Shown here: positions 8,592 to 17,574 of the stretch, piece by piece | How the letters are laid out: the number at the start of each line of letters is the position of its first letter | How positions within the stretch are numbered: the stretch's first letter is position 1 | Source of the DNA: Verrucomicrobiota bacterium | GTDB taxonomy: Bacteria; Verrucomicrobiota; Verrucomicrobiia; Limisphaerales; SIBE01 | DNA length: 64,000 nt | Assembly: GCA_016871515.1 (NCBI GenBank) | Contig: VHDE01000008.1 | Location: forward strand, 16,829 to 80,828 | Direction: 5' to 3' | Notes under the pieces: model-generated | Told to the model about the DNA's origin: nothing | What the model saw: the letters and a program-made list of their open reading frames with translations, nothing else | Database searches by the model: none | Made by a program: the position numbers and the translations under genes

Positions 8592-11500
8592 GTGCAAGTT
8601 CGCTTTCTGCTCGGGCCGTCAGGGACAGGCAAGACGTTCCGTTGTTTGACGGAAATACGGTCGGCTTTGTTAGCTTCTCCTGCGGGACCGCCGCTGGTTT
8701 TCCTGGCCCCAAAACAAGCGACTTTTCAATTGGAACGACAGTTGCTCGCCGATTCAAGGGTCCCGGGCTACACGCGTTTGCAGATACTTTCGTTTGATCA
8801 GCTCGCCGAATTGATCCTTTCCGGATTCCAACAGAGCCCCGTCCGATTGCTGAACGAAGATGGGCGCCTCATGGTGTTGCGCGCGCTGCTGGCGCAGAAA
8901 CGAAACGAACTGAAACTGTTCCGATCCACGGCCCGTTTGCGCGGTTTTGCCCAGCAACTCAGCGCGGCCCTTCGAGATATTCAACGCTCGCAAGTTCCGC
9001 CGAGCGAACTGATCGCACTCGCCGCAAAAATCGGGTCTGAAACAGCTTTAGGTTGCAAGCTACAGGACGTCGCCACGATGCTTTCGGCGTACCTGGACTG
9101 GCTGCGTGAACATCATTTGCATGACCAGGATTTGCTGGTTGATCTCGCCGCCGAGGCTTTGTCCGAATCCATGGGAGTGCGAACAGCTTCGCCTAAGCCT
9201 TTCTATCAAGCGAAGGAAAGCGCTAGGACCAATGGTCCCGCGCCGCGGCGCCACTTCAGAACATTGCACATTGCCGGCCTATGGTTTGACGGTTTTGCCG
9301 AATTGGCTGCGCAAGAAATAGCCCTCCTCACGGCGTTGCTCCCCTGTTGTGATCGCGCCACGCTCGCGTTTAACCTTGATCGCGAATCGTTGAGCGGTGT
9401 CTCATGGCTTTCCACCTGGTCCGCAGTCGGGCGAACCTTTCAAAAACTTCAACAGCGGCTGGCCGAACAACCGGACACCGACGTGATTGTCGAATGGCTG
9501 GATCGTGCGGAGGGCCAGGGCCGTTTTCGAGAGAATCCCATCCTTCGACATTTGGAAGAAAATTGGGCGCATCCAAAATCTTTTGACAACGCGATGGGAG
9601 CGCGGACTGCCAAGTCCGCGAGCGAAACGGTTGAAACAGCCAAAACGCCCGCGGACGCGGCAGTCCGTGCGCCCGGCGCCGTGTCCAGTCATCCGGCAGA
9701 ATTGGCGGAAACGCTCCGTGCAGCCATTTGTGCGAATCCCGAAGCAGAAGCCACGCTGGCCGCGCGCGAAATCCTGAGATTTGTTCGTTCGGGCGGACGG
9801 TATCGAGATGTGGCCGTTGTCGTTCGCGAACTGGAAAATTATTACGAACCCGTCCGCCGTATTTTGGCGCGTTACGGAATCCCATTTTTCCTCGATCGGC
9901 GCGAGCCAGTCGGACGCCATCCCTTGGCTGAACTGATTCGGAGCGCGCTTCGGACAATTGCGCTCCATTGGCAGCATGAGGATTGGTTTGGCGCATTGAA
10001 AACGGGTCTCGTGCATAATGAGGAAACAGAGATTGATTTCCTCGAGAATGAGGCCCTGGCGCGAGGCTGGAAAGGGGAGGATTGGTTTGGGCCGCTGACA
10101 ATTAAAGACGATCCGCGATTGGCCGACCGGATTGAGAAGTTGCGAATTAAGTTGCTTGCTCCATTTCAGGAACTGATGGAGGCACTGGGCGTTCAAGCCA
10201 ACTTGGGCGCTGCCGAGAGCAGAACGAGTGCTGGGATCAATGGCAATGCACTGGCGGATGCCCTCCGCATTTTTTGGCGGCGTCTGAAGATCGGAGAACA
10301 AATGGCCGAATTGAGCACGGGCTCCGGCAATCCCATGCATGTCACGCTCTGGCGGCAAATGCAGGAGTGGCTCGATAACCTCACTTTGGCCTTTTCTTCC
10401 GAAACGCTCACCTTGCGCGAATGGCTGCCCATTCTGGAGGCCGGCTTGGCCAGCCAAACCGTTGGGGTTATCCCTCCGGCGTTGGACCAGGTTCTCGTCG
10501 GCGCGATTGACCGTTCCCGCAATCCCGATCTCAAACTCGCCATCATTTTGGGAATGAACGAATCGGTTTTTCCGGCCGCACCCACAGGTTCAGCTCTGCT
10601 GACAGATGCTGAACGGGAACAACTTTCCCAACTCGGCGTCGAACTCGGTCAGACCGTCCGGAGCAGGCTGGCTCAGGAACATTACTTGGGATACATTGCC
10701 TGCACTCGCTCCCGGCAGCGGCTCGTCCTTACCTGCGCCAGACGCGACGACAATGAGAACGCTTTGAATCCGTCGCCATTCCTCGCGCATTTGCGGCGTC
10801 TTTTCCCGTCGTTGCAGATTGAGAGTTACGCATCCGGATTCTCCTGGATCGAAAGCGAGCATGTTTGCGAGTTGGCTGGCCCGCTCTGGCGGCGGGCAGC
10901 GGACGAACCGGCGGAAACTGAACCGTTCGCCTCGCTCATCAAGCTTCCGGCTTTTGAACATCTCTGGAAACGACTTGAACATTTGCCAAGGGATGCTGGA
11001 GGGATCGGTCAGTCTCTTTCGCCCGTCTTGGCGGAACGGCTTTACGGCGCCGTGCTGCGAACGTCCGTAAGCGGACTCGAAGAGTTCGCCGCTTGTCCGT
11101 TCAAATTCTTTGTCAGTTCCGGTTTGAAGGCTAAGGAGCGCCAGCGGTTTGAATTGGACGCGCGTGAGCAAGGAAGCTTTCAGCATGAAATCCTGGCGCG
11201 TTTTCACCGGCAATTGCGGACGGAGGGCAAACGTTGGCGAGAACTCACCCCGGACGAGGCGCGCGAACGCATCGGCCAAATTGCCGAGGAAATTATCCCC
11301 AACTACCGCGATGGGTTGCTTCAAGCGAGCGGCCAAGCCAATTTTGCGGCCCGCAGTCTAACCGCGTCGCTGCAAAGTTTCATCCATACGATTATCGGTT
11401 GGATGGCCCAGTATCAGTTCGATCCTTACGCTGTCGAACTGGCGTTCGGCATCGAGGAGAAGCCGCTGCCCGCTTGGGATTTGGACTTGGGCAAAGGACA

Positions 11501-12152
11501 TTCCCTTTCATTGCGAGGCAAGATCGACCGCGTCGATTTATGGCGGCGGCCTGAAGCGGACGAAGCGTTTTGCGTGGTCATCGACTATAAATCGAGCGCC
11601 CGAAAGCTTGATCCGCTTCTGCTGGCGCATGGCATTCAACTGCAGTTGCCGGCCTATTTAAACGTCTTGCGCGGCCTTTCCAATCCGCGCTCGATTTTTG
11701 GAGTTGGCCGGCTGATTCCGGCGGGCGTCTTCTTTGTCAACCTGCGCGGCGCTTACGACGGGGCCAAAACACGGCAGGAAGTGTTCGAACGCTTCGCCGA
11801 CGCACGCAAATCCGCCTACCGCCATGCAGGCCGGTTTGATGCGGAATTGCGGACTAAGCTCGACTCGCGTGCCGGGGTCGATGAGGGCGATCAGTTTAGT
11901 TACCGGCTTGCCGGCAATGGCGCCATCCACGGCTCATGCCGCGAACCGATGACAGCACACGACTTCGCGACGATGCTTGACGCGGTCGAAGGCCATCTGC
12001 GCCGGATGGGGCAGGCGATCTACGCGGGCGAAGCAAAACCGGACCCGTACCGCAAGGGCTTTGATTTGCCCTGTCAGAGATGCGTTTATCAGTCTATCTG
12101 CCGCATTGATCCGTGGACGCATTCCTACCGGGTCTTGCGAAAGATTGGGTAG
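8592..12152 (+). CDS. addB: ATP-dependent helicase/nuclease subunit B (AddB-like, PD-(D/E)XK nuclease)
   Basis: N-terminal GPSGTGKT; SVSGLEEFAACPFKFF; RGKIDRVD; VIDYKS; QLPAY; C-terminal CQRCVYQSIC completing four Fe-S cysteines. Confidence 0.88.
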   Translation: MQVRFLLGPSGTGKTFRCLTEIRSALLASPAGPPLVFLAPKQATFQLERQLLADSRVPGYTRLQILSFDQLAELILSGFQQSPVRLLNEDGRLMVLRALLAQKRNELKLFRSTARLRGFAQQLSAALRDIQRSQVPPSELIALAAKIGSETALGCKLQDVATMLSAYLDWLREHHLHDQDLLVDLAAEALSESMGVRTASPKPFYQAKESARTNGPAPRRHFRTLHIAGLWFDGFAELAAQEIALLTALLPCCDRATLAFNLDRESLSGVSWLSTWSAVGRTFQKLQQRLAEQPDTDVIVEWLDRAEGQGRFRENPILRHLEENWAHPKSFDNAMGARTAKSASETVETAKTPADAAVRAPGAVSSHPAELAETLRAAICANPEAEATLAAREILRFVRSGGRYRDVAVVVRELENYYEPVRRILARYGIPFFLDRREPVGRHPLAELIRSALRTIALHWQHEDWFGALKTGLVHNEETEIDFLENEALARGWKGEDWFGPLTIKDDPRLADRIEKLRIKLLAPFQELMEALGVQANLGAAESRTSAGINGNALADALRIFWRRLKIGEQMAELSTGSGNPMHVTLWRQMQEWLDNLTLAFSSETLTLREWLPILEAGLASQTVGVIPPALDQVLVGAIDRSRNPDLKLAIILGMNESVFPAAPTGSALLTDAEREQLSQLGVELGQTVRSRLAQEHYLGYIACTRSRQRLVLTCARRDDNENALNPSPFLAHLRRLFPSLQIESYASGFSWIESEHVCELAGPLWRRAADEPAETEPFASLIKLPAFEHLWKRLEHLPRDAGGIGQSLSPVLAERLYGAVLRTSVSGLEEFAACPFKFFVSSGLKAKERQRFELDAREQGSFQHEILARFHRQLRTEGKRWRELTPDEARERIGQIAEEIIPNYRDGLLQASGQANFAARSLTASLQSFIHTIIGWMAQYQFDPYAVELAFGIEEKPLPAWDLDLGKGHSLSLRGKIDRVDLWRRPEADEAFCVVIDYKSSARKLDPLLLAHGIQLQLPAYLNVLRGLSNPRSIFGVGRLIPAGVFFVNLRGAYDGAKTRQEVFERFADARKSAYRHAGRFDAELRTKLDSRAGVDEGDQFSYRLAGNGAIHGSCREPMTAHDFATMLDAVEGHLRRMGQAIYAGEAKPDPYRKGFDLPCQRCVYQSICRIDPWTHSYRVLRKIG
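9596..9674. repeat. Palindromic REP-doublet-like element lying in frame inside addB
   Basis: GGGAGCGCGGACTGCC-AA-GTCCGCG...CGCGGAC-GC-GGCAGTCCGTGCGCCC inverted repeat; each arm is itself a small hairpin. Confidence 0.75.
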
Positions 12153-12298
12153 GTTGCGTGCCTGCCCAAGGGAATAGATTTCAGCCACCCGCGCCAAGTT
12201 CACGCTCGAGCATCAGGAGATCACCCTTCTGATTTGGCACACGCTGGCTGAGTTTGTCCGGCATCAATTCTGTGATCTGTTACATAGGCCTTCTGCTC

Positions 12299-12334
12299 GA
12301 CAAAGATTACGATTACGTTTACGACGAAGAGCAA
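12299..12334. repeat. Degenerate tandem hexamer array
   Basis: GACAAA GATTAC GATTAC GTTTAC GACGAA GAGCAA. Confidence 0.55.
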
Positions 12335-12344
12335 ACAGCTTCAA

Positions 12345-13958
12345 ATGAGTGTGTTCAAACTTCGCAGACAGGCAGGCCGCCTGTCCTACAAAGTCGCATT
12401 CGTGGCGATTCTAGTTTTGACGTTCACTGCTTGCGTGCAGAAGGAACCTCCGGCGGACTTGGTCATCATCAATGGTCCCGAACCTGAATCGCTCGATCCG
12501 GCACTGACGACTGGCCAGGCGGACGGAAGAATTATCCTTTCGCTCTTTGAGGGGCTCACGCGTTACAAAGCCGACACCGCGCTGCCCGAACCCGGATTGG
12601 CTGAGCGGTGGGACATCTCCGAAGACGGCCGGACTTATATCTTTTACCTTCGCACCAACGCGGTTTGGTCTGCCGGTGAACCGATTGCGGCGGAGGATGT
12701 CGTTTACTCTTGGAGGCGGATTTTGGATCCCGCCATAGCGTGCGAGTACTCGAGTCTTTTGTTTTACATCAAGAATGGCGAGGAATTCGCCATCGGAAAG
12801 ATTAAGGACCCATCGCTGCTCGGGCTGCGTGCGCTCGACGCACAGACGGTTCAGGTAAATCTGAATAACCCGACGCCGTTCTTTCTCGATATCTGCGCGT
12901 ACCCAACCTTATGCATTGTGCCGCGGCATGCCATTAATAAATCGGGAGATCGCTGGCTGACGGCTTATCCCGTTCCGAGCAGCGGCGCGTATGAGTTGGA
13001 AACGTGGCGGCTCAATGACAAAATCCGTGTCCGCAAGAATCCCCGTTATTGGGACGCAGCCAACACGCGTTCATCTGTGGTTGATCTTCTGCCGTGCCTC
13101 TCCGCGAGCACCGCGTTGAATTTATACGAAACCGGGCAAGCCGACATCGTTTGGGACAAAGAATTGGCGCCGACCGAATTGATCGACATCCTGAAAAAGC
13201 GTCCTGATTTTCATGGCTTCGATTATCTCGGCACCTATTTCTTTCGGTTCAACGTCACACGCAAACCGTTCGACGACGTTCGAGTCCGGAAGGCATTGGC
13301 GATGGCGATCGACAAGGAACGCATTGTCGGAAAGATTACGCGCGCAGGCGAGAAGGTTGCGCACAGTTTGGTTCCGCCTGGGTTGCCAGATTACGCGTCT
13401 CCGCCCGGTCTCGAGTATGATCCGGCGGAAGCGCGGCGCCTTTTAGCAGAGGCCGGTTTTCCCGGCGGAAACAATTTCCCGCTTTTTCATTACCTCTACA
13501 ACAACACTGGACGAAACCACGAACAAATCGCGGTGGAATTGCAGGAGATGTGGCGCAGGGAACTTGGGATTCACATGGAGCTGCGGAAGCTGGAGTGGAA
13601 GGTGTACTTCCGCGCCCAAAACATGCTGGACTACGACCTTTGCCGGAGCAGTTGGATTGGGGACTACAATGACGCCAGCACTTTTCTCGATGTGTTCTTG
13701 AGCAACAACGGCAATAATCGCACGGGCTGGAAAAACACACAGTACGACTCGTTGCTGCGCCGCGCGAACGCACAACGCGACGTCGCTGAACGCGCGAAGT
13801 TATTGCAAGCCGCAGAAAAGTTGTTGGTTCGTGACGAGGCGCCGATTGTGCCTGTCTACATTTATGCTGGGTTCGAGTATTACGATACGAACAAGATCGA
13901 GGGCGTGTTTTCGAACATGCGCAGCGAACATCCTCTGCGAACGATTCGGAAGAAGTGA
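12345..13958 (+). CDS. oppA: Peptide ABC transporter substrate-binding lipoprotein (OppA-like, SBP family 5)
   Basis: Lipobox-like FTAC, EPESLDP, LFEGL, AERWDISEDG, VRKALAMAID, WIGDYND. Confidence 0.9.
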   Translation: MSVFKLRRQAGRLSYKVAFVAILVLTFTACVQKEPPADLVIINGPEPESLDPALTTGQADGRIILSLFEGLTRYKADTALPEPGLAERWDISEDGRTYIFYLRTNAVWSAGEPIAAEDVVYSWRRILDPAIACEYSSLLFYIKNGEEFAIGKIKDPSLLGLRALDAQTVQVNLNNPTPFFLDICAYPTLCIVPRHAINKSGDRWLTAYPVPSSGAYELETWRLNDKIRVRKNPRYWDAANTRSSVVDLLPCLSASTALNLYETGQADIVWDKELAPTELIDILKKRPDFHGFDYLGTYFFRFNVTRKPFDDVRVRKALAMAIDKERIVGKITRAGEKVAHSLVPPGLPDYASPPGLEYDPAEARRLLAEAGFPGGNNFPLFHYLYNNTGRNHEQIAVELQEMWRRELGIHMELRKLEWKVYFRAQNMLDYDLCRSSWIGDYNDASTFLDVFLSNNGNNRTGWKNTQYDSLLRRANAQRDVAERAKLLQAAEKLLVRDEAPIVPVYIYAGFEYYDTNKIEGVFSNMRSEHPLRTIRKK

Positions 13959-14060
13959 GACGTGATGCGTGATGCGTGATTGCGCGAGACTTGCAGACGC
14001 CCTGGGTTTCAGCAACGCTCACATCTCACGGATAACGCATTACGTTTCACGTCGCACGCC
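13955..14060. repeat. Inverted pair of degenerate heptamer arrays
   Basis: GTGAGAC GTGATGC GTGATGC GTGATTG ... TCACATC TCACGGA TAACGCA TTACGTT TCACGTC GCACGCC. Confidence 0.7.
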
Positions 14061-14975
14061 ATGTTCATCCTAAAGCGCCTCGCTTACATGCTGCCGATGC
14101 TGGCGCTAATCAGTTTTCTGGCGTTTATGCTCGTGCGGCTCGCGCCAGGAGGCCCATTCGATCGGGAGCGAACGCCAGCATCCCCGGAGATCGAACGGGC
14201 GCTAAATGCCAAGTACCACCTCGACGAGCCTCTTTGGCAACAGTACGTTCGGTACTTGGGCGACCTCGTGCGCGGAGACTTTGGTCCTTCGACGAAGTAT
14301 CGAAATCACACGGTCAATGACATTATTGCCCAAGGTTTGCCCATTTCACTTTCTCTAGGGGCGCTCGCTTTTTGCTTCGCCATGGGTGTTGGGATTCCGC
14401 TGGGCGTCTGGACGGCCCTGCGGCGCGGCCGCTGGCAGGATTACTTGGGAGGTCTGGCCGCTCTTATGGCGATCTGCGTGCCGGGCTTGGTCATTGGGCC
14501 TTTGCTCACCATGCTGTTCGCTATCGAGCTTAAATGGTTCCCCGTGGCGCTCTGGGAATCATCTTGGCACTTCGTTCTTCCGACGATAACGCTCGGACTT
14601 TATTTTGCGGGCCGAATCGCGCGCTTAATGCGCGAAGGCATGCTGAACACGCTGCATGCGGAGTTTATTACGACCGCGCGGGCGAAAGGATTAGGCGAAG
14701 GCGCCGTTGTCTGGAAGCACGCCTTTCGTTTGGCCGTGCTGCCGGTGGTCTCTTATTCCGGACCGCTGCTCGCGGATTTGCTGACCGGTTCGTTCGTCGT
14801 CGAGAGCATTTTTCAAATCCCGGGCATCGGCGTTTTCCTCGTCAATAGTTTCCAGAATCGAGATTATCTGATGCTTGTTGGATTGGTTCTTCTCTATGCG
14901 GTCCTTTTGCTCGGCTTAAATCTAATCGTCGATATTGCCTATAGCGTGCTCGATCCACGCGTGAGATATGAGTGA
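14061..14975 (+). CDS. oppB: Oligopeptide ABC transporter permease
   Basis: MFILKRL..., APGGPF, EAA-loop TARAKGL, HAFR, LDPRV. Start placed at ATG 14061. Confidence 0.9.
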   Translation: MFILKRLAYMLPMLALISFLAFMLVRLAPGGPFDRERTPASPEIERALNAKYHLDEPLWQQYVRYLGDLVRGDFGPSTKYRNHTVNDIIAQGLPISLSLGALAFCFAMGVGIPLGVWTALRRGRWQDYLGGLAALMAICVPGLVIGPLLTMLFAIELKWFPVALWESSWHFVLPTITLGLYFAGRIARLMREGMLNTLHAEFITTARAKGLGEGAVVWKHAFRLAVLPVVSYSGPLLADLLTGSFVVESIFQIPGIGVFLVNSFQNRDYLMLVGLVLLYAVLLLGLNLIVDIAYSVLDPRVRYE

Positions 14976-15939
14976 GGTGCGGCAAGTCGAACACGTTCAT
15001 TTGAGCCCAAATCAAAGGGCTTGGCGGCGATTCAAGAGCAATCGAATTGCTGCCGTTAGCGGAGCGCTTTTGATTGCGCTTGTTCTGATCGTGATGGCGG
15101 GGCCAATTTTGAGCCGTCCGACGATTCGAAATTACGTTCCGGCAGCGTTAGCACAATCGCCGCTGGCGCTTTCAGATCTGCAGTTTGGGGCTCCGAGTGG
15201 AGAGCATTGGCTGGGCACTGACGTTCATGGCCGCGATTTGTTAAGCCGTGTGTTGTATGGCGCGCGTATTTCGTTGCTGGTCGGAATCGTGGGCGCGGGT
15301 GTGAGTCTCGTTATTGGCGTGCTTTGGGGCGCTTTGGCCGGCTATCTCGCGGGGAGATGGGATAGCATCATGATGCGGATTGTCGATATTCTCTATACCG
15401 TTCCTTCAATCATCTTCGTGATTCTTTTAATTAGCGCCTGGGAGGCGGTGTTGAAAGATCAAATGGCGCGAGCGTTTTCGGCGGAGATGGTGGCGCGGGC
15501 GCGTTTGATTTTCCTGTTTGTGGGGCTTGGCGCCGTTTCGTGGCTGACGATGGCGCGAATTGTTCGGGGTGAAGTGCTGTCATTGCGGACCAGGAATTTT
15601 ATTGATGCCAGCCGGGCGTTGGGAGCGAGTCACGCGCGAATTTTGTTCCGGCATATTCTGCCGAATGTCTCGGGGGTTATCATCGTTTATCTCACGTTGA
15701 CGGTGCCTTCGATCGTCCTGCACGAGTCTTTCCTGAGTTATTTGGGATTGGGAATCCAACCGCCGCAGGCCAGCTTGGGTTCGCTCATCGCGGAGGGCGC
15801 GGCACAAATCAACCCAATCCGGGTTTATTGGTGGATGATTATTCCGCCGTGCGGATTTCTCGCTGCGACGTTGCTGGCTTTGAACTTTGTCGGTGACGGA
15901 TTACGGGATGCGTTTGATGCGAGGCTTGAAAGCCGGTGA
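14968..15939 (+). CDS. oppC: Oligopeptide ABC transporter permease
   Basis: HWLGTDVHGRDL, ASRALGA, RHILPN, SFLSYLGLG, GDGLRDAFD. Confidence 0.9.
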   Translation: MSEVRQVEHVHLSPNQRAWRRFKSNRIAAVSGALLIALVLIVMAGPILSRPTIRNYVPAALAQSPLALSDLQFGAPSGEHWLGTDVHGRDLLSRVLYGARISLLVGIVGAGVSLVIGVLWGALAGYLAGRWDSIMMRIVDILYTVPSIIFVILLISAWEAVLKDQMARAFSAEMVARARLIFLFVGLGAVSWLTMARIVRGEVLSLRTRNFIDASRALGASHARILFRHILPNVSGVIIVYLTLTVPSIVLHESFLSYLGLGIQPPQASLGSLIAEGAAQINPIRVYWWMIIPPCGFLAATLLALNFVGDGLRDAFDARLESR

Positions 15940-16069
15940 AGAGGAGATGCGAGAGTCGTTGCATCGTTACAAGGTTACATGAGTTGCATGGGGCCGAAGG
16001 TGCTCCATCGACCCGGAACCTCCGACACGCTGTCGCGCCAACGGATAGGCCAATCGATTGATGACAAGT

Positions 16070-16894
16070 TCATTCGTCGATTTTCAATTTCATCCGCGGA
16101 TCGGCGAAGGGGTTTTTCGAAGCGATCATAGCGTCCCCAAGCCGTGGAAGACGCCAAGGAGATAGAAGGACAAAGGGCCACGCGAATGCCAGGTGGAACG
16201 CGCCAACGAAGAGCAATTGCAGCAAGTTAATCTGGCGACACGCATAAGCTGCTACTCCGGCGCTCATCAATAACGCGCCCGGTATCAGGCAGGCGCAGGC
16301 GGTTTGCCAGGCACCGGCCAACGTAATGTTACGGTCTGCAAAAAGAGCGATGATGCGAATCATCGGCATGTAAAGAAGAGCCAGGAGGCTCCACGCAATG
16401 AAAAGCATCACGATCGTGAACAGGCCTAACATTGCCGCAAACACCGGATGCCAGGCGCCCCACCAGGGTTCCACGTTCATGCGGTTCAACGAAATTGTGA
16501 TGGACTGCGGGTATGGAATCGACAGATAGCCGAACAGAGATCGGATGCGCAAATGCCTTTCACCGAATTCCAATTGAACATCGCCAACATGGCCGAGTTC
16601 TCGCGTGTCGAAAAGGTCGACGACGATCGATAAGAAGCTTCCTTCGGCCAGGCGTTCCGGACTTGGACCGCTCCATTCCAGAATGCCTCCTCGAAGAGCG
16701 CCCGCGTCAGGCAAGCGCGCTATGGCCCCGTGCACGGGTGGTTCCCACCCCAAGTAGAACAAGCAGATCACCGATGCGGCACAGACCAATCCAATGACGA
16801 ATTCGACGGCCAACAGCCGAAAGAGCGAAGCGCGCGCAAATGCTGCAATTCCGCCAAAGGTCAGAGGCAGCCAAGGCGACGACGCGGCCTGCAT
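16070..16894 (-). CDS. Hypothetical membrane protein (possibly DUF1189-like)
   Basis: One N-terminal and several C-terminal hydrophobic segments; in an operon-like run of minus-strand genes. Confidence 0.7.
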   Translation of the reverse strand: MQAASSPWLPLTFGGIAAFARASLFRLLAVEFVIGLVCAASVICLFYLGWEPPVHGAIARLPDAGALRGGILEWSGPSPERLAEGSFLSIVVDLFDTRELGHVGDVQLEFGERHLRIRSLFGYLSIPYPQSITISLNRMNVEPWWGAWHPVFAAMLGLFTIVMLFIAWSLLALLYMPMIRIIALFADRNITLAGAWQTACACLIPGALLMSAGVAAYACRQINLLQLLFVGAFHLAFAWPFVLLSPWRLPRLGDAMIASKNPFADPRMKLKIDE

Positions 16895-16905
16895 AGCTCA
16901 TTTCC

Positions 16906-17346
16906 TTAACTCTCGGTTTGCTCGACGCGAGAAGCAGCGGCGCCAGCCGCCGGCTGAGCAAGGATGATGGGGAGAGGAAAGCGAAGTTTCATGACATCAT
17001 CGACGAGCACTTCCACAAAATAAACTCCCGGAACCTCGAACTTGATTTGCGTGAAAACAGTCGCGTTCGTTGCGTTGTGCGAAGCATCCTTGAGGGCGAA
17101 CTTGACTTGGCTTTGCCGCATCATCGTTGACTGGTCGGGGGCGATGAGCCGGACGCTTTCCGTGAATGTTCCAACGCCGGCAGTCCAGCGATTGAAGACG
17201 CAAAGTTTGAAAGCTGTGACTGGCAATTGCGCCACGTGCACGTAGCCGATAATGCCAATGAGAATGAAATTACCGTTCATTTCCTGGCGAATCTCTTCGC
17301 AAAGAAGGGAGCATTGGAGGTCGGGCAGAATTCGTGTGGGTTGCAT
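16906..17346 (-). CDS. Conserved hypothetical protein, beta-rich (DUF6941-like)
   Basis: LLCEEIRQE..GNFILIG ... FEVPGVYFVEVLVDD pattern. Confidence 0.7.
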   Translation of the reverse strand: MQPTRILPDLQCSLLCEEIRQEMNGNFILIGIIGYVHVAQLPVTAFKLCVFNRWTAGVGTFTESVRLIAPDQSTMMRQSQVKFALKDASHNATNATVFTQIKFEVPGVYFVEVLVDDVMKLRFPLPIILAQPAAGAAASRVEQTES

Positions 17347-17405
17347 GATTTTCCTTAATCCCTGTCAAAGCTGTCTTGGTTGCATCCAAATGCAGATGCC
17401 CTTCT

Positions 17406-17540
17406 GTAGCGCAGAGTTTCACTCTGCTGTATCGCCGACTTGCAGTCGGCCACGTGTTCGACTGGTCCAGCGCCTTCGATCGTGCGAGAGCGCCGCAGAC
17501 TGAAAGTCTGCGATACAGCAAGAGTGAAACTCTGCGCTAC
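17406..17540. mobile_element. 135-bp GTAG-terminated palindromic element (REPIN/MITE-like), copy 1
   Basis: GTAGCGCAGAGTTTCACTCTGCTGTATCGC...GCGATACAGCAAGAGTGAAACTCTGCGCTAC terminal inverted repeats with nested mini-hairpins. Confidence 0.8.
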
Positions 17541-17574
17541 CCTCCAGCAACAATTCTTTGGGGCGGCTTGCATT

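Noticed and set aside
12181-12251. Nested hairpin downstream of addB (TCAGCCA/TGGCTGA, GCCAA/TTGGC, ATCAGGAG/CTTCTGAT)
   Set aside because: Single occurrence with no promoter, U-tail or riboswitch motif recognised; could be chance folding.
12345-15939. oppABC without oppD/oppF ATPases
   Set aside because: ATPase genes are often encoded elsewhere; not informative from one window.
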